A stretch of 64,000 nt of DNA from Lama glama (taxonomy: Eukaryota): positions 48,796,001 to 48,860,000 of the forward strand of contig CM052816.1 of the NCBI GenBank assembly GCA_028534125.1. The letters run 5' to 3'. Shown here piece after piece: positions 13,206 to 24,449 of the stretch. Position numbers and translations under genes: made by a program. Below the pieces are notes generated by a model. The model worked only from the letters and a program-made list of their open reading frames with translations, ran no database searches and was not told the origin of the DNA. The first letter of the stretch is position 1, and each line of letters starts with the position of its first letter.

Positions 13206-13739
13206 GAAATACCATTAAATGTTAAAACAAACCATTTGAATCTAATATTTTTGCTTCAGGTAAGTGCTTATAGGATTCAGAGCCACAGTCCTACCTTTGA
13301 AAGTGTACTTGTCAGCAGGATGTATATCTTAAAAATCGTAGACTGCCCCTAAGCTCTGAGCCTGCTGTCCTCCCTGACCTATTCAAAGCTCTGAAAGTCA
13401 ACATTGGAACTGGACTCTTATAGACAATCAATGGTTTGATTGCTCAGAAAGTGACACATTCCTCTTACTTTCCCTTTGCTGACATTCATAGATGTTTCCC
13501 TTTTCAGTCCCTTTCCAGCGTAAAAGACACAAGTAGTCATTTGCATGTGTTATATGCAAGTTTAAAGAAACAGCAGTGAAGCAGTGACAGTATGTTATCT
13601 TTAAAAAACTAGTCAATGTTGCTCACTTTCAAATAGCCTGATTGGTTATCAGAAAATACACATGCCACAAGGGAATGCACAATAGGGTGGTAATTGCACT
13701 CTCAATATAATAAGGCCTAATATTATTAAGTTTATAGAC

Positions 13740-13830
13740 CATAAGCTGGTCAGGGTTACACAAAAGATGTAACCCTGACTAGCTTACTGAACACACTTGT
13801 ACCTTAACTTCCTTATGTCTTAAAGGGAAG
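13740..13830. repeat. Composite inverted-plus-direct copy of 16026-16097
   Basis: 13740-13769 is the reverse complement of 16026-16055; 13771-13830 is a direct copy of 16038-16097. Confidence 0.9.
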
Positions 13831-15959
13831 ACAAACTTGAAATTTAAACAAAAGCTTTATAGGATACAATCTCAAGCTGAAATAATAAACAGAAACCCTG
13901 ATTTCTGAAAAAGAAAAGGTACTTTAATGATTAGAACATTGAAATAGAAATGAAATACATTTTCTGTCCCTAATAACAAAATCTTGTTTCTTTGTTTTGT
14001 GTAAGAGCATAGTTAGATCTATACTGAAAGCTATTTCTAATATATTATAAATTTGTATTGGGACTAATTTTTCAAGTAATTTCTACAGTAGGGAAATTAT
14101 GAGCGATAACTGTAATGTAAACAAATGCTTAGCACAGAGTAGTGAATAAATAGAAGTTGTTTATTATTACTAATCTTTAATTCTTTCTATGGCCTTAGTA
14201 CAGTGACTAGAACTTACATATTAGGCAGTACTTTCTGAAAGTGTACCAGGGGTTTCTGTTAAAACAGAATTGTTTTATAAAAGGAAAATTAATGATACAC
14301 ATTTTGACCATTAGCGTTTTATCTCAGTTTAGACTAACTTCTACCTTCAGCAAAATGTCCCCCAAATGTGAATAATAAGGGCCTGACCTAAAGCTGCAGG
14401 AAGCACTCAAGCACTGAATATGTGGTGGATACTGTGCAGGCAAGAAACAAAATAATTAGTATGTACTGGAAGAGACTGGGGAGGTGTTCATATAAATTGT
14501 CTTTAGGACAGACAAAACACTCAGATAAACTCTAGTAAGTTATGGTGTACCAGCTATATATAGAAAGCTTCAAGACAAGTTATGTACAGCTCCCATGCCA
14601 TATCTTGTCCATTCAAATTGCCTGTCTGAGGCTTCCATTAGAGACAGGTTCTGAAGCCCTCACTGTTATTCCAACAAAGATGGACATGAGTAATAATTAA
14701 TGCCAGATTCTAAAGAGTGCCTTAGAACATGACAAGACACTAAATATTCTTCAAAAGCACGTAGTGCAAACCACACTAAAAAAAAGAAATCAGAAAAACT
14801 GTGATAATACAATTGGTTAAATTTGGTAATTATAGGATTGAGAAATGAGGAACAAAAATAGAACTATTTTAAATAATTACAACAATATTTAAGAGGACAA
14901 AATTCTTATTGTGCAAAGAACAATATAAAATATACAACCTGTAGCACTCTTTTCAGTATACTTAAAACAGTCTTTAAAATTACTGAGTAAGATGAACAAA
15001 ATTTTAAGTATACTTAAAATGTTTTTTCTCTTCTACCAATTAAATAAGTTAAAGCAAAATAAAAGGAAACATGTTCATAAAGTATGCTTTTGAAAAGTAG
15101 CTTCAGATTTCCTCAAAAATATGTCTTATAAGTCTGACTTTCTTGAACTTTTTCTATTTCTGATACATTCTACTAGTCAAAGCAGTAGGAACATGAAATT
15201 GCCATTCGTTCCAGCTATTAAAGAAAAGAAGAAGCAATAAACTGCCATCTTCATTAATCACATCTCAATGTCCAATCAGAAAATTAGGGTTATCAGAAGG
15301 CAATCATCAGTTTAATATTTTGAGAATTCCAGTTCCTTTTAATATCTAGCACCAGAGGATTGTTTGAAACAAATTTATTGGAGTCAAATATGTTAATTAA
15401 TATAAAGTGCCCATTAGTCAGTAATTTTTGTGCAGAAGATTAGAGTCTACATTCAAATCAAAGCCAAATTCAAAATGGCACTCTGCCTACTATGAGCACT
15501 GAGTAGTGATGTGAAATGGACTTATGATATGCATAGAGAAATAAATTCTGACAAATCTTGTCCATGCCTTTTTTCCCCCTAAGTCCTAAAAGTTCGTTTA
15601 AACCTCCATCAAATTGGGCAACAAAATACAATCCCAGAGGTCTCATAGCTACTCTAAGATACTTGCCCCGAATTTGACCAAAGCCCTATCAAAAGATCCC
15701 CAGAGGGGTAGAGTGTGTAGCTCAGATCCTTAAGTCTTAGAAAAGTGAGGCTCAATTTTGATATTTACAAAGCACTCCTTTAATGATTTCAGTTCCTAAA
15801 GCTGACACTGTTGTTATAAAGTCAGTCAGACTTTTAGGACCCAATTGGAGAAAACAGCATTTTTAAGTGTCCTATTTATCATCCTCATAACTAAAGAATA
15901 GGAGGAATCAGAGCGAATCCAATACTAATTTGTTTTCTTTTTAAAGCTGATAGCCATGT

Positions 15960-16160
15960 ATATAGAGTACAGTGACTAAAGGCACAGATTCTGGAACAAG
16001 AGAGTAGTAGTTCAGAATTAAACTCCATCTTTTGTGGAACCCTGACTAGCTTATGTAACACCCTTGTACCTTAACTTCCTCATCTCTAAAAGGGAAGTAA
16101 TAATAAGACCTAACTCAATTCTGGCAGGAATTGATTACCTGTATGAAGATTGAGTAATTT
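15960..16160 (+). mobile_element. MIR SINE (donor of the 13740 copy)
   Basis: agagtacagtgactaaaggcacagattctggaacaaga...cttgtaccttaacttcctcatctctaaaagggaagtaataataagacctaactca. Confidence 0.75.
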
Positions 16161-16489
16161 ATTTCTAATTTCTATTCCATTTATTATGATCAGTCCTATC
16201 AAATATAGAAAATGTGGCTGTGGCCTTAAAGTCAGTTTATATTACATCACTAAGTTTCATTATCTCCCTTATGTACATTTCCTTTCTCTCTTTATAAACC
16301 TCAACTTGAGTACATGTCACTACTAAACACTGAGTTAGTGACATCAAGATTAGTTATACTCATCAATGAGCAGTGGTTCAAAACGCAACCCTTTAGTCAT
16401 GCCTTTCTATTACATACTGTCCTAAACTTTGTTTACAATTGAATAAAATAGGTTTATTTGCCTTTATCCCAGAAATATACAGCCGTGTG

Positions 16490-16635
16490 TCAATAGACAT
16501 GTTACCTCGTATTTTTTTTAGACTCAGTTGTCTCATCAAGAAAAGGGACATGAAAATAGTTTTCATTTCTTAGGGGTATTGTGAGAACTAAATGTGATAA
16601 TTCATGTGAAGTCTTGTCCACAACAAGATAATAGT
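16490..16635 (+). mobile_element. MIR SINE fragment
   Basis: gactcagttgtctcatcaagaaaaggga...taggggtattgtgagaactaaatgtgataattcatgtgaagtctt. Confidence 0.7.
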
Positions 16636-17899
16636 TCTTACAGTCATCTGTCATTCCATTCCATTGTTTAGAGTTGATTTCTGTAAGTCTGAAATAAAAT
16701 AACATTCTGAATAGTGTTAATATTTGTTAAGGCCATGAGAAATAAATATGCACATATGCATATAAAAAATCCTATAGAATATACCCTGCACATTTTCATA
16801 AATAAATATAGATAAGCACATGGGGGAAAAGTTAAGAGAAAAACTCTATTAACAAATCTCTGGGATTAAGTGTAGAATTCTGGAGAAAGTTGTATTATTG
16901 AAAGAATATGAAAAACTTTACATCTATACATTGAAACTTGGAAATAGTTTTCAAATGAGTAGATTTACCTTCAGAAAATAAAATTTAAACAAGATTCTTA
17001 AATGATTCTATCATCATATTATATTGCTCCTTTATAAAATTAACAACTTTTAAAATTAACAGCAAATTTCAGAAGCCCTGGTCCTGTTTGTTTAGGAAAT
17101 TATTTGAAACAAAATTCAGCATTTCATATTCTTATGTATACCTAACTATAAATTGATAATGAATAAAAGATGAGCAGGAACTATTTTCCCAATGAAATAT
17201 CACTTCAAAACTTTTTGGCCAACCTGAAAATATAAGTATTGTATATATGGATGAAATAATATAGTCATTCATGAAAAATCACATATAATACTAAATAACA
17301 TTTAATTTAAACATATCTCTTTTTACCCATGTATTTTTCATGAATCCACTTTATTCGATCTCCTCAATAGCTCTTGACATGACTCTTTTTGTCAGATTTG
17401 AGCTCCTTAAGTAATTTAACAAAGTTTTCCAGGGAATATCATATTAATTTATAAGCTGACATACAGCATATATTGAATCATCTATGACATTATTATTAAA
17501 AATTGTGTCCTACTATTTAAATAGCTATTCCCACAAATTTAGGACATTTGTTTTTCTAATGTATTATTTATTTTGTTTTGTTTACACTGTAGTTTTACAT
17601 GTACACTCTCCATCAGCAATGTCAATTGCTTACAAATTGACTTTAAAATGATTTGTAAAGCTTTTTTACAATGGCAGTCAGCATTTCACCCAAAGAATAA
17701 TTAATGATTTGTAAGCTAACTAAACTGTAATCAGTAAATTATTAATAAATTAATATATTCATTTGGCTATTTTTTCAAAAACACTATCCAGTGAACTCTA
17801 AACATTCAGAAGTGTCCCAAGTCAAGCTCTTGTCAGACACGTGCATTTTCCCCAGAGATTAAACTGATATTTTTATTTGATTTTTCAAAATAAAGTAAT

Positions 17900-18855
17900 T
17901 GAGACTTTTAATTTCAGGATGATGAAATAGATATACTTTCCCCTATTCTTTCCCCAAGTATAATGAAAAACTCTATACAGTATATTTTTTAAAAATACAA
18001 ATAACAACAGTAAAACATAAGAAGACTCTGAAAGGTAGAAAAAAGTGAGTTTGCTAGGGATCTTGGAACGCAGAGAACAATACAGTAGCGAGTTCTCTGA
18101 GCTTTTGTTTTTCTTTTCTGCTCTTTTTACCCCCAGACTAATTGTTGTATGAATGTGTAATTTGGAAATGCCACTAGGTACACACATAAAAATGCCAAAC
18201 AAAAGTCAACTTTCTCTAGCCAAAGAACCAGAAAAGGGACAGCCTAGCAAGACAGAACAAACTAGATAATAGATAATAATCACACTACTTCAGCAAAAGA
18301 CACAGAAGAAACTGTGGCCCTACTCAGTTTAATCCTAGGCTAAATGGGGAGCCCAGACTTGCACCCTGTCAGGTTTTAATAAAGCTCTTCAACCCCTACA
18401 CTGGGTGATGTCAGAAGAGGCCAAGAGGGGAGCCAAGACTTTCGTTCCTGCCAGATATTAATGAGCCCTCCATCCCCAGGTGTCAGTAGTGGCATTAGGA
18501 CCACATGAAGAGCCTGGACTTCCAGTGACACCTGGAAATAAAGAGGCATCCTGTGAATCCCTGCTGGGAGGTATCAGAGTAGGTCTAGTCCAAAGTTGGA
18601 CTTTCACTATCTCTCCAGCACTACCAAGGCCTCACCACTTTGTTCTTTAGAGGTCGTATAGAAAGCAATAACAAGGCACTTCTGTCTGTCTAGCTACAGT
18701 GGAATCAGCAAGAACATAACAATGAGCTGGAACTCCTACTTCCACCCAGGAGTGGCAAAGAGACCCCACCTTAGGGTATCAATGGAGACCAAGTGGGAAC
18801 CTAGACTTCTATGCCACCTGCCAATAATAAGTTAGTGATCCCTCCTTTTCCCTCG
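17900..18855 (+). mobile_element. Isolated 5' end (5' UTR) of an old LINE-1 (L1MC/L1MD-type) with degenerate internal tandem units
   Basis: gatatactttcccctattctt...aaacataagaagactctgaaaggtagaaa...gagttctctgagcttttgtttt resembles L1MC/MD 5'-end consensus; locally GC-richer. Confidence 0.65.
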
Positions 18856-18927
18856 TGAATATATGCTATGCCTATGATGACCATCATCTGAATTTTCTTT
18901 GCATTAGCTATTCAAATGCAGTATAAG

Positions 18928-19068
18928 TAGTGTGACAGTATACCCCAGTTCTACCTGGACTGTCCTGGATTACTATGCCTGTTATCCTGGAATAATTATG
19001 TAATTAATGAAGTCTATTTACACTCTCAAAAGTTTTCTGACTGGATGATAAATTACACAATCACCTTA
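18928..19068 (-). mobile_element. MER94-like hAT-Blackjack element
   Basis: cctggactgtcctggattactatgcctgttatcctgg...tacactctcaaaagttttctgactggatgataaattacacaatcacctta is the reverse of the pattern at 634-763. Confidence 0.7.
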
Positions 19069-19531
19069 AATGTAACATAATTATTCTTCTTCCTCTCTCT
19101 CAAAATAGCTATAACTTTCCTCTTGAAGGTGAGCTTCAAGAGTTTCAGTATCTATTCATTTTACAAATCATAAGGTTGAGATTTATTGCCTATTTGGTGT
19201 TGTCTGGCTGAGATAAACTGTATGGAACTGTATATACCCAGTAGCAGTGACTTACTGGTACACCAATCCTTTTCTAGTTGAGCAGTCTAATTATAGCCTT
19301 CTTTACATCCTTTAATAAAGATTTACATAGTATATTCACCTCATATCTGCAATATTAACATAAGGGAAACATCAGTTAGCAAAATAAAATTGTCATTGTC
19401 TGCATATTGGTCCTGTTATCAACACATTGGACAATATACTGGGTCTAGACCCTGCATTTAACTAATTCTGTTATTATCATTAGGTTTGCCATATCTTTTG
19501 CTTTTTAGCTAATATTTCCCAGATAGCTCTA

Positions 19532-21078
19532 CTAAAAAATTATGGAAGTATAGTTGATTTACAATATTGTGTTGGTTTCAGGTGTTACAGCAAAGCGATT
19601 CAGTTATACACGTATATATGTATATATATAAAGCCTTATTTCTGATTCTTAACCATTATAGTTTATTAAAAGATACTGAATACAGTTTCCTGTGTTATAT
19701 AGTAAATCCTTGTTCCTTTATCTATTTTATATATGGTAGTGTGCATCTTTTATTCCCATACTCCCAGTTTATTCCCCTATTCTTTGGTAACCATAAGTTT
19801 ATTTTTTATGTCCATGAGTCTCTTTCTGTTTTGTAAATAAGTTCATTTGTACTATTTTTAGATTCCACATATAAGTGATATCATATAATATTTGTCTTTG
19901 TCTGACTTACTCCACTGAGTATGATAATCTCGAGGTACATCCATGTTGCTGAAAATAGCATTATTTCATCATTTTTCATGGTTGAGTTTTATATATATAT
20001 ACACAAATATATATGTATGTATGTGTATATGTGTGTGTGTGTGTATGTATATATACACCACAACTTGGTTATCCATTCATCTGTCAATGGACACTTAGGT
20101 TGCTTCCATGTCTTTTCTGTTACAAAGAGTGCTTCTGTGAATATTGGAGCGCAAGTATCTTTTCAAATTAGAGTTTTTGTATTTTCTGGATATCTACCCA
20201 GGAGTGTTATTGCTGGATCATAGGGTAACTCTATTTTAGTTTAGTTTTTTTTTTTAAAGGAATCTCCATACTGTGTTCCATAGTGGCAGCACCAAGTTAC
20301 ATTTCCACCAATAGTGTAGCAGGATCCTTTTTTCCCCATGCTTTCTCCAGCATTTATTTTTTGTAGACTTTTTGTTGATGGCCATTTTGACTGATGTGAG
20401 GTGATAATTCATTTTAGTTTTGATTTGCATTTCCCTGATAATTAGTGATGATAAGCATCTTTTCATAAGCTTATTGGCCTTCTGTATGTCTTCTGTCTAA
20501 AAATGTCTATTATGTCTTCTGCCCATTTTTTATTGCATTGTTGGGCTTCTTTGTTTTGTTTTTATTTTTAAGTTGCATGAGCTTTTTGTGTATTTTGGAA
20601 ATTAAGCCCTTATTGGTCGCATCATTTGCAAATAGTTTCTCCCATTTCCTAGTGGTCTTTTCATTTTTTTTATGGTTTCATTTGCTGTGCAAAAGCTAAT
20701 AAGTTTGATTAGGTCCCATTTTTTTCTTTCTTTTTTTATTTCTATTGCCTTGGAAGATTGACCTAAGAAAACATTGCTATGATTTATGTTAGAGAATGTT
20801 TTGCCTGTGTTCTCTTCTAGGAGTTTTTTGGTGCTGTGTCTTTAATTTAAGTCTTTAATATAAGTCTTTAAGCTGTTTTGAGTTTATTTTTGCCTATGGT
20901 GTGAGGTAGTATTCTAACGTTACTGATTTAACATGTGGCTGTCTAGCTTTCCCAACACGACTTGCTGAAAAGACTATCTTTTCTTCATTGTATATTCTTG
21001 CCTCCTTGTTGAAGATTAACTGACTGTAAGTGTGTGAGTTTATTTCTGGGCTTTCTATTCTGTTCCACTGATCTATAT
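19532..21078 (-). mobile_element. Lineage-specific 5'-truncated LINE-1 (ORF2 C-terminus plus 3' UTR) with 12-bp TSD
   Basis: ORF 20254-20466 ([41 protein letters not shown]) is the L1 ORF2 C-terminal region; cagatagctcta is repeated at 19520-19531 and 21079-21090. Confidence 0.95.
19988..20058. repeat. Compound (TA)/(TG) microsatellite within the L1 3' region
   Basis: atatatatatacacaaatatatatgtatgtatgtgtatatgtgtgtgtgtgtgtatgtatatatacac. Confidence 0.9.
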
Positions 21079-21764
21079 CAGATAGCTCTATTTTTTTGTT
21101 CTTTAAAAAGGAAGTTTAAACGTTCCTCCAAAAATTGATTATTAACATATTTTTATTGAGAAGTGAGCTTATCTGATGGCAAAGCTGGGACAGAAATCAA
21201 GTTATTTCGATGGGAAAGGGCAGAATGTTAGGGAGGTGCTAAAGCTGGAAAGATTCAGTTCTAATTTTCTAAAGAAAGTTTAGAGTGTCTATAAGTCTAA
21301 AAGAAATCTATAGGCAAGAGTTTAGTAAAAGGGAACTAGCTAGAGCTATGGATCAATCTCAATAATGAAGGCTTAGAGATTTCAAAGTCCAACCTGTAGT
21401 ATCATCAAAATCTAAGGTCATGTGGGAGATACCTTATCATATGAAGATTAGGGAAAAAACTTAAAATCTAGGAAAAAGGAGACTGACAGAATGAATAAGT
21501 GGTCAAGTCTCTTGAAGCAATAGGGCATGGGATCAATTACTGAGACAACAACTTGGTTAGCTAATTGAGAATATAATAGGGAATGACCTCGATAATAAAA
21601 TTAAAATGTCATTGTCAGCAGTAAAATCTTCTTAATGCTTGTAACCCTGACTCTTGATGATAAGATAGAAGCCCAGTTGTCAGCTGTAAACCTTCTTAAA
21701 ATACGGTTTTCATCATGGGAATGTTTCTTTTAAAGTTATCTATACATAAATGAACAAATAAGCT

Positions 21765-22265
21765 TTAAAGGTCTTTAGTTCCTAATTCACTAACTTAAAA
21801 TCACATTGCTTGGCATTCAAATAAAATGTACTCTGATCTCACTGTCTACATTTTGCTGTAACCTCTAAGGTATTTATTCTGAAGAGTCTCCATATTGTCC
21901 CACAGACGGCTATATTCAGTAATCATGACAGCCATTACCTAGAATGTTTTTCTGCTTCAATTATTATTCCTGTCAGCCAGCATTCAAAGATCATCTCTGT
22001 CTAGTTTCTCTCAATGAATATTTTCCTTGTATGAAAACTTTCTAAAATGCTGTAATCTCTATTAACCCCAGTCCTTCTAGCCAACAAAAGATATAACTTC
22101 TTGTACCTTATTCTGAACTTTTAAATTTTAAAAAATTTTCTTGATACTTCATGCTTTTTAGATTTTCTTTGCCAATAAAAGCATAAAGTTCTAGGAACAT
22201 ATGGATCTTATCTTATATTTCATTATTTATATTTATCTATGGTATCTAGTAAAGTTACAAGAATA
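21765..22265 (+). mobile_element. L2 fragment, very diverged
   Basis: cattgcttggcattcaaa...cctagaatgtttttctg...cattcaaagatcatctc...cataaagttctaggaacat...tcttatcttatatttc follows the L2 3' layout. Confidence 0.45.
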
Positions 22266-24449
22266 TACTGTGTCTTACTACAAAAAATGATGTTGTCTTT
22301 AGTAATAGTTTATAGGCAGTATTATGTACATTACTGGTCTTGGAATTTCAAGAAACTCCTCTTGTTAAGAATAAAACACAGTAGTTTTTCTAAAAATCAG
22401 TAAATCAAGAAAATAAATTGTAACAGTACAAAAAGAGCTCAGGTACTCTTGTACCTGAGATGTATTATATAGAATAGATGATGCCTTATGGGTCCAATGA
22501 TGGTTTGGAGATTTTGAGATTAAACTGGTTTGGAAAGAAAATATGAATGTATGTATGTTTGGAAGACAGAGACAAGGGAAGTAGTGTGTCAGTGAAATGG
22601 AAAGGAATATGAGAATGAAAATTTGCTTTTGTATGGAAAACTGTGATGCTAAAAATAAATCCTAAGGTTCTTATATCAAATCCATAAGGTGATTTTTAGA
22701 TACTAGTATTTATTCAGTCAACGTGTATTGATTGCCCTGTGAGCATTTTTTATTGTGGATTATTTGTTAAATATAATTTCAAGTTGAAAGTTTACTCTGC
22801 CATAATTCACTTTGGTAATGATTACTTATCCCACATCCTTTTGTACCATTACCTAATTCCCCATTTTTCAAATTACATTTCCTTCAGTTTATGATGTCTA
22901 AACCTTCCATTACTGTTTCCCATATATTGATCTCATTTGTGATGTTCTGTTAAGCAAGCATTAACATCTCAGAAATATATGAGAACACTGTGACTAGTAT
23001 ACTTCTCTCTTATATGCTACGAACGAAGTAAAGTCACTAAGACCAGGATAGAAAGAAAAAATAGGAAGAAGATTGCAGTTTAGTCAGTATCTTAAAAACA
23101 AACCTTACAAATTATTTTTTTTCCCATCTTTGGTACTGATCTGTTTTCCTTCTCTCCTTTTTGACCTTTGTATGATTTACAGCTTATGATAATACCAGTA
23201 TTTCTCCATGGAGTTACAGTGGTATTATGTACCATTAGAAACACATAATTCTATTATTATCAGTGATAGTCATGCATTGGAACAAAAATATGGTACTATA
23301 TTCCAGACAGACACATTTGATGTTTGGAATTTGATACTGTTTTAATGTCACTCTATCATCATTATCTGATATTGTGTAATGTACTTGAGAAAAATACTGT
23401 CAAAAAGCAAAGAAAATATAATATGTTTTTAAAATGATGACAGGGTTCATCACTTATTGGTAAACATGAAAGGAAAAGTCATTTTTTTCCACTGGAAGAA
23501 AAAGAATGCCTATTATTATGAAATCATCTTGGATGACATGCTTGTGAATTTTTAATGAGGCTAATATAAAAATTCACATAATGTTTGATTATAAAATATG
23601 AACATATTCAAGTTCCTTACCTCACAACCCAAATTTCCAAGTAAAGTCTTTTGGAACTATTAATTCCTTTTTAAAACTCTCAATGAAAAAGTCTTTTTAA
23701 ATTCACTTATGTCTCTGTATAATTATCCTGACTTGATCATCAAATGTATATGTAACAAAAGCAAATTGCTTAACTTGGCATGTATATAGCAGTTTACATG
23801 TTTTGGTATTCATTTGCAAATGTAAACAAAATTATGACTGATAATATAAAGTTTACTTCATTAATGTATTTATTATTATTAAAATAATTTGTCATAAAGA
23901 AACTCTACACAAAAAATGATATTAATGCCAATTGTCAGAGTCTCTTAAGATGTGAGTAATTATCAGTTTGAGATTATAAAGATGAATATTAGAAGGATTA
24001 ATAGCAGTTCTTTAATATTTGTAAGTAATATTTTATGCCTTTCAAGGATATATGCATATGCAAGGGAATATATTAGGCATACTAAAGTGTCTGGGGATGG
24101 GTCACTTAATGTATTTCAAGGGTATACATGTATGCAAAGAAATATATTAAGTACACTGGAGTAGCTAGAGATAAGAGGAGGGAGATCAGGGTGGAGTCTT
24201 GTATGCATTAATTATTATTTTATACTATTAATAAATACGATGAACTTATTTCTCTGATCCTGAAAAAATACGTGCGGAGAGATAAGTCTGGATTTTATAG
24301 AGTTAAAAAAATGGACCTGCTATTATTTTTTTAGATGCATACATTTTAGAGCAGTTTGATGATGTCAAATTGAAAAGATTAATACATTTCCTCAAAATAA
24401 ATAACTCCTTCTTATAGATTTTAAATTATTTAAAAGAAGATATTATAGT

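Noticed and set aside
18345..18835. Repeat-spacer-like periodicity resembling a CRISPR array
   Set aside because: The units are degenerate and lie in a mammalian L1 5' region; there are no identical repeats or cas genes.
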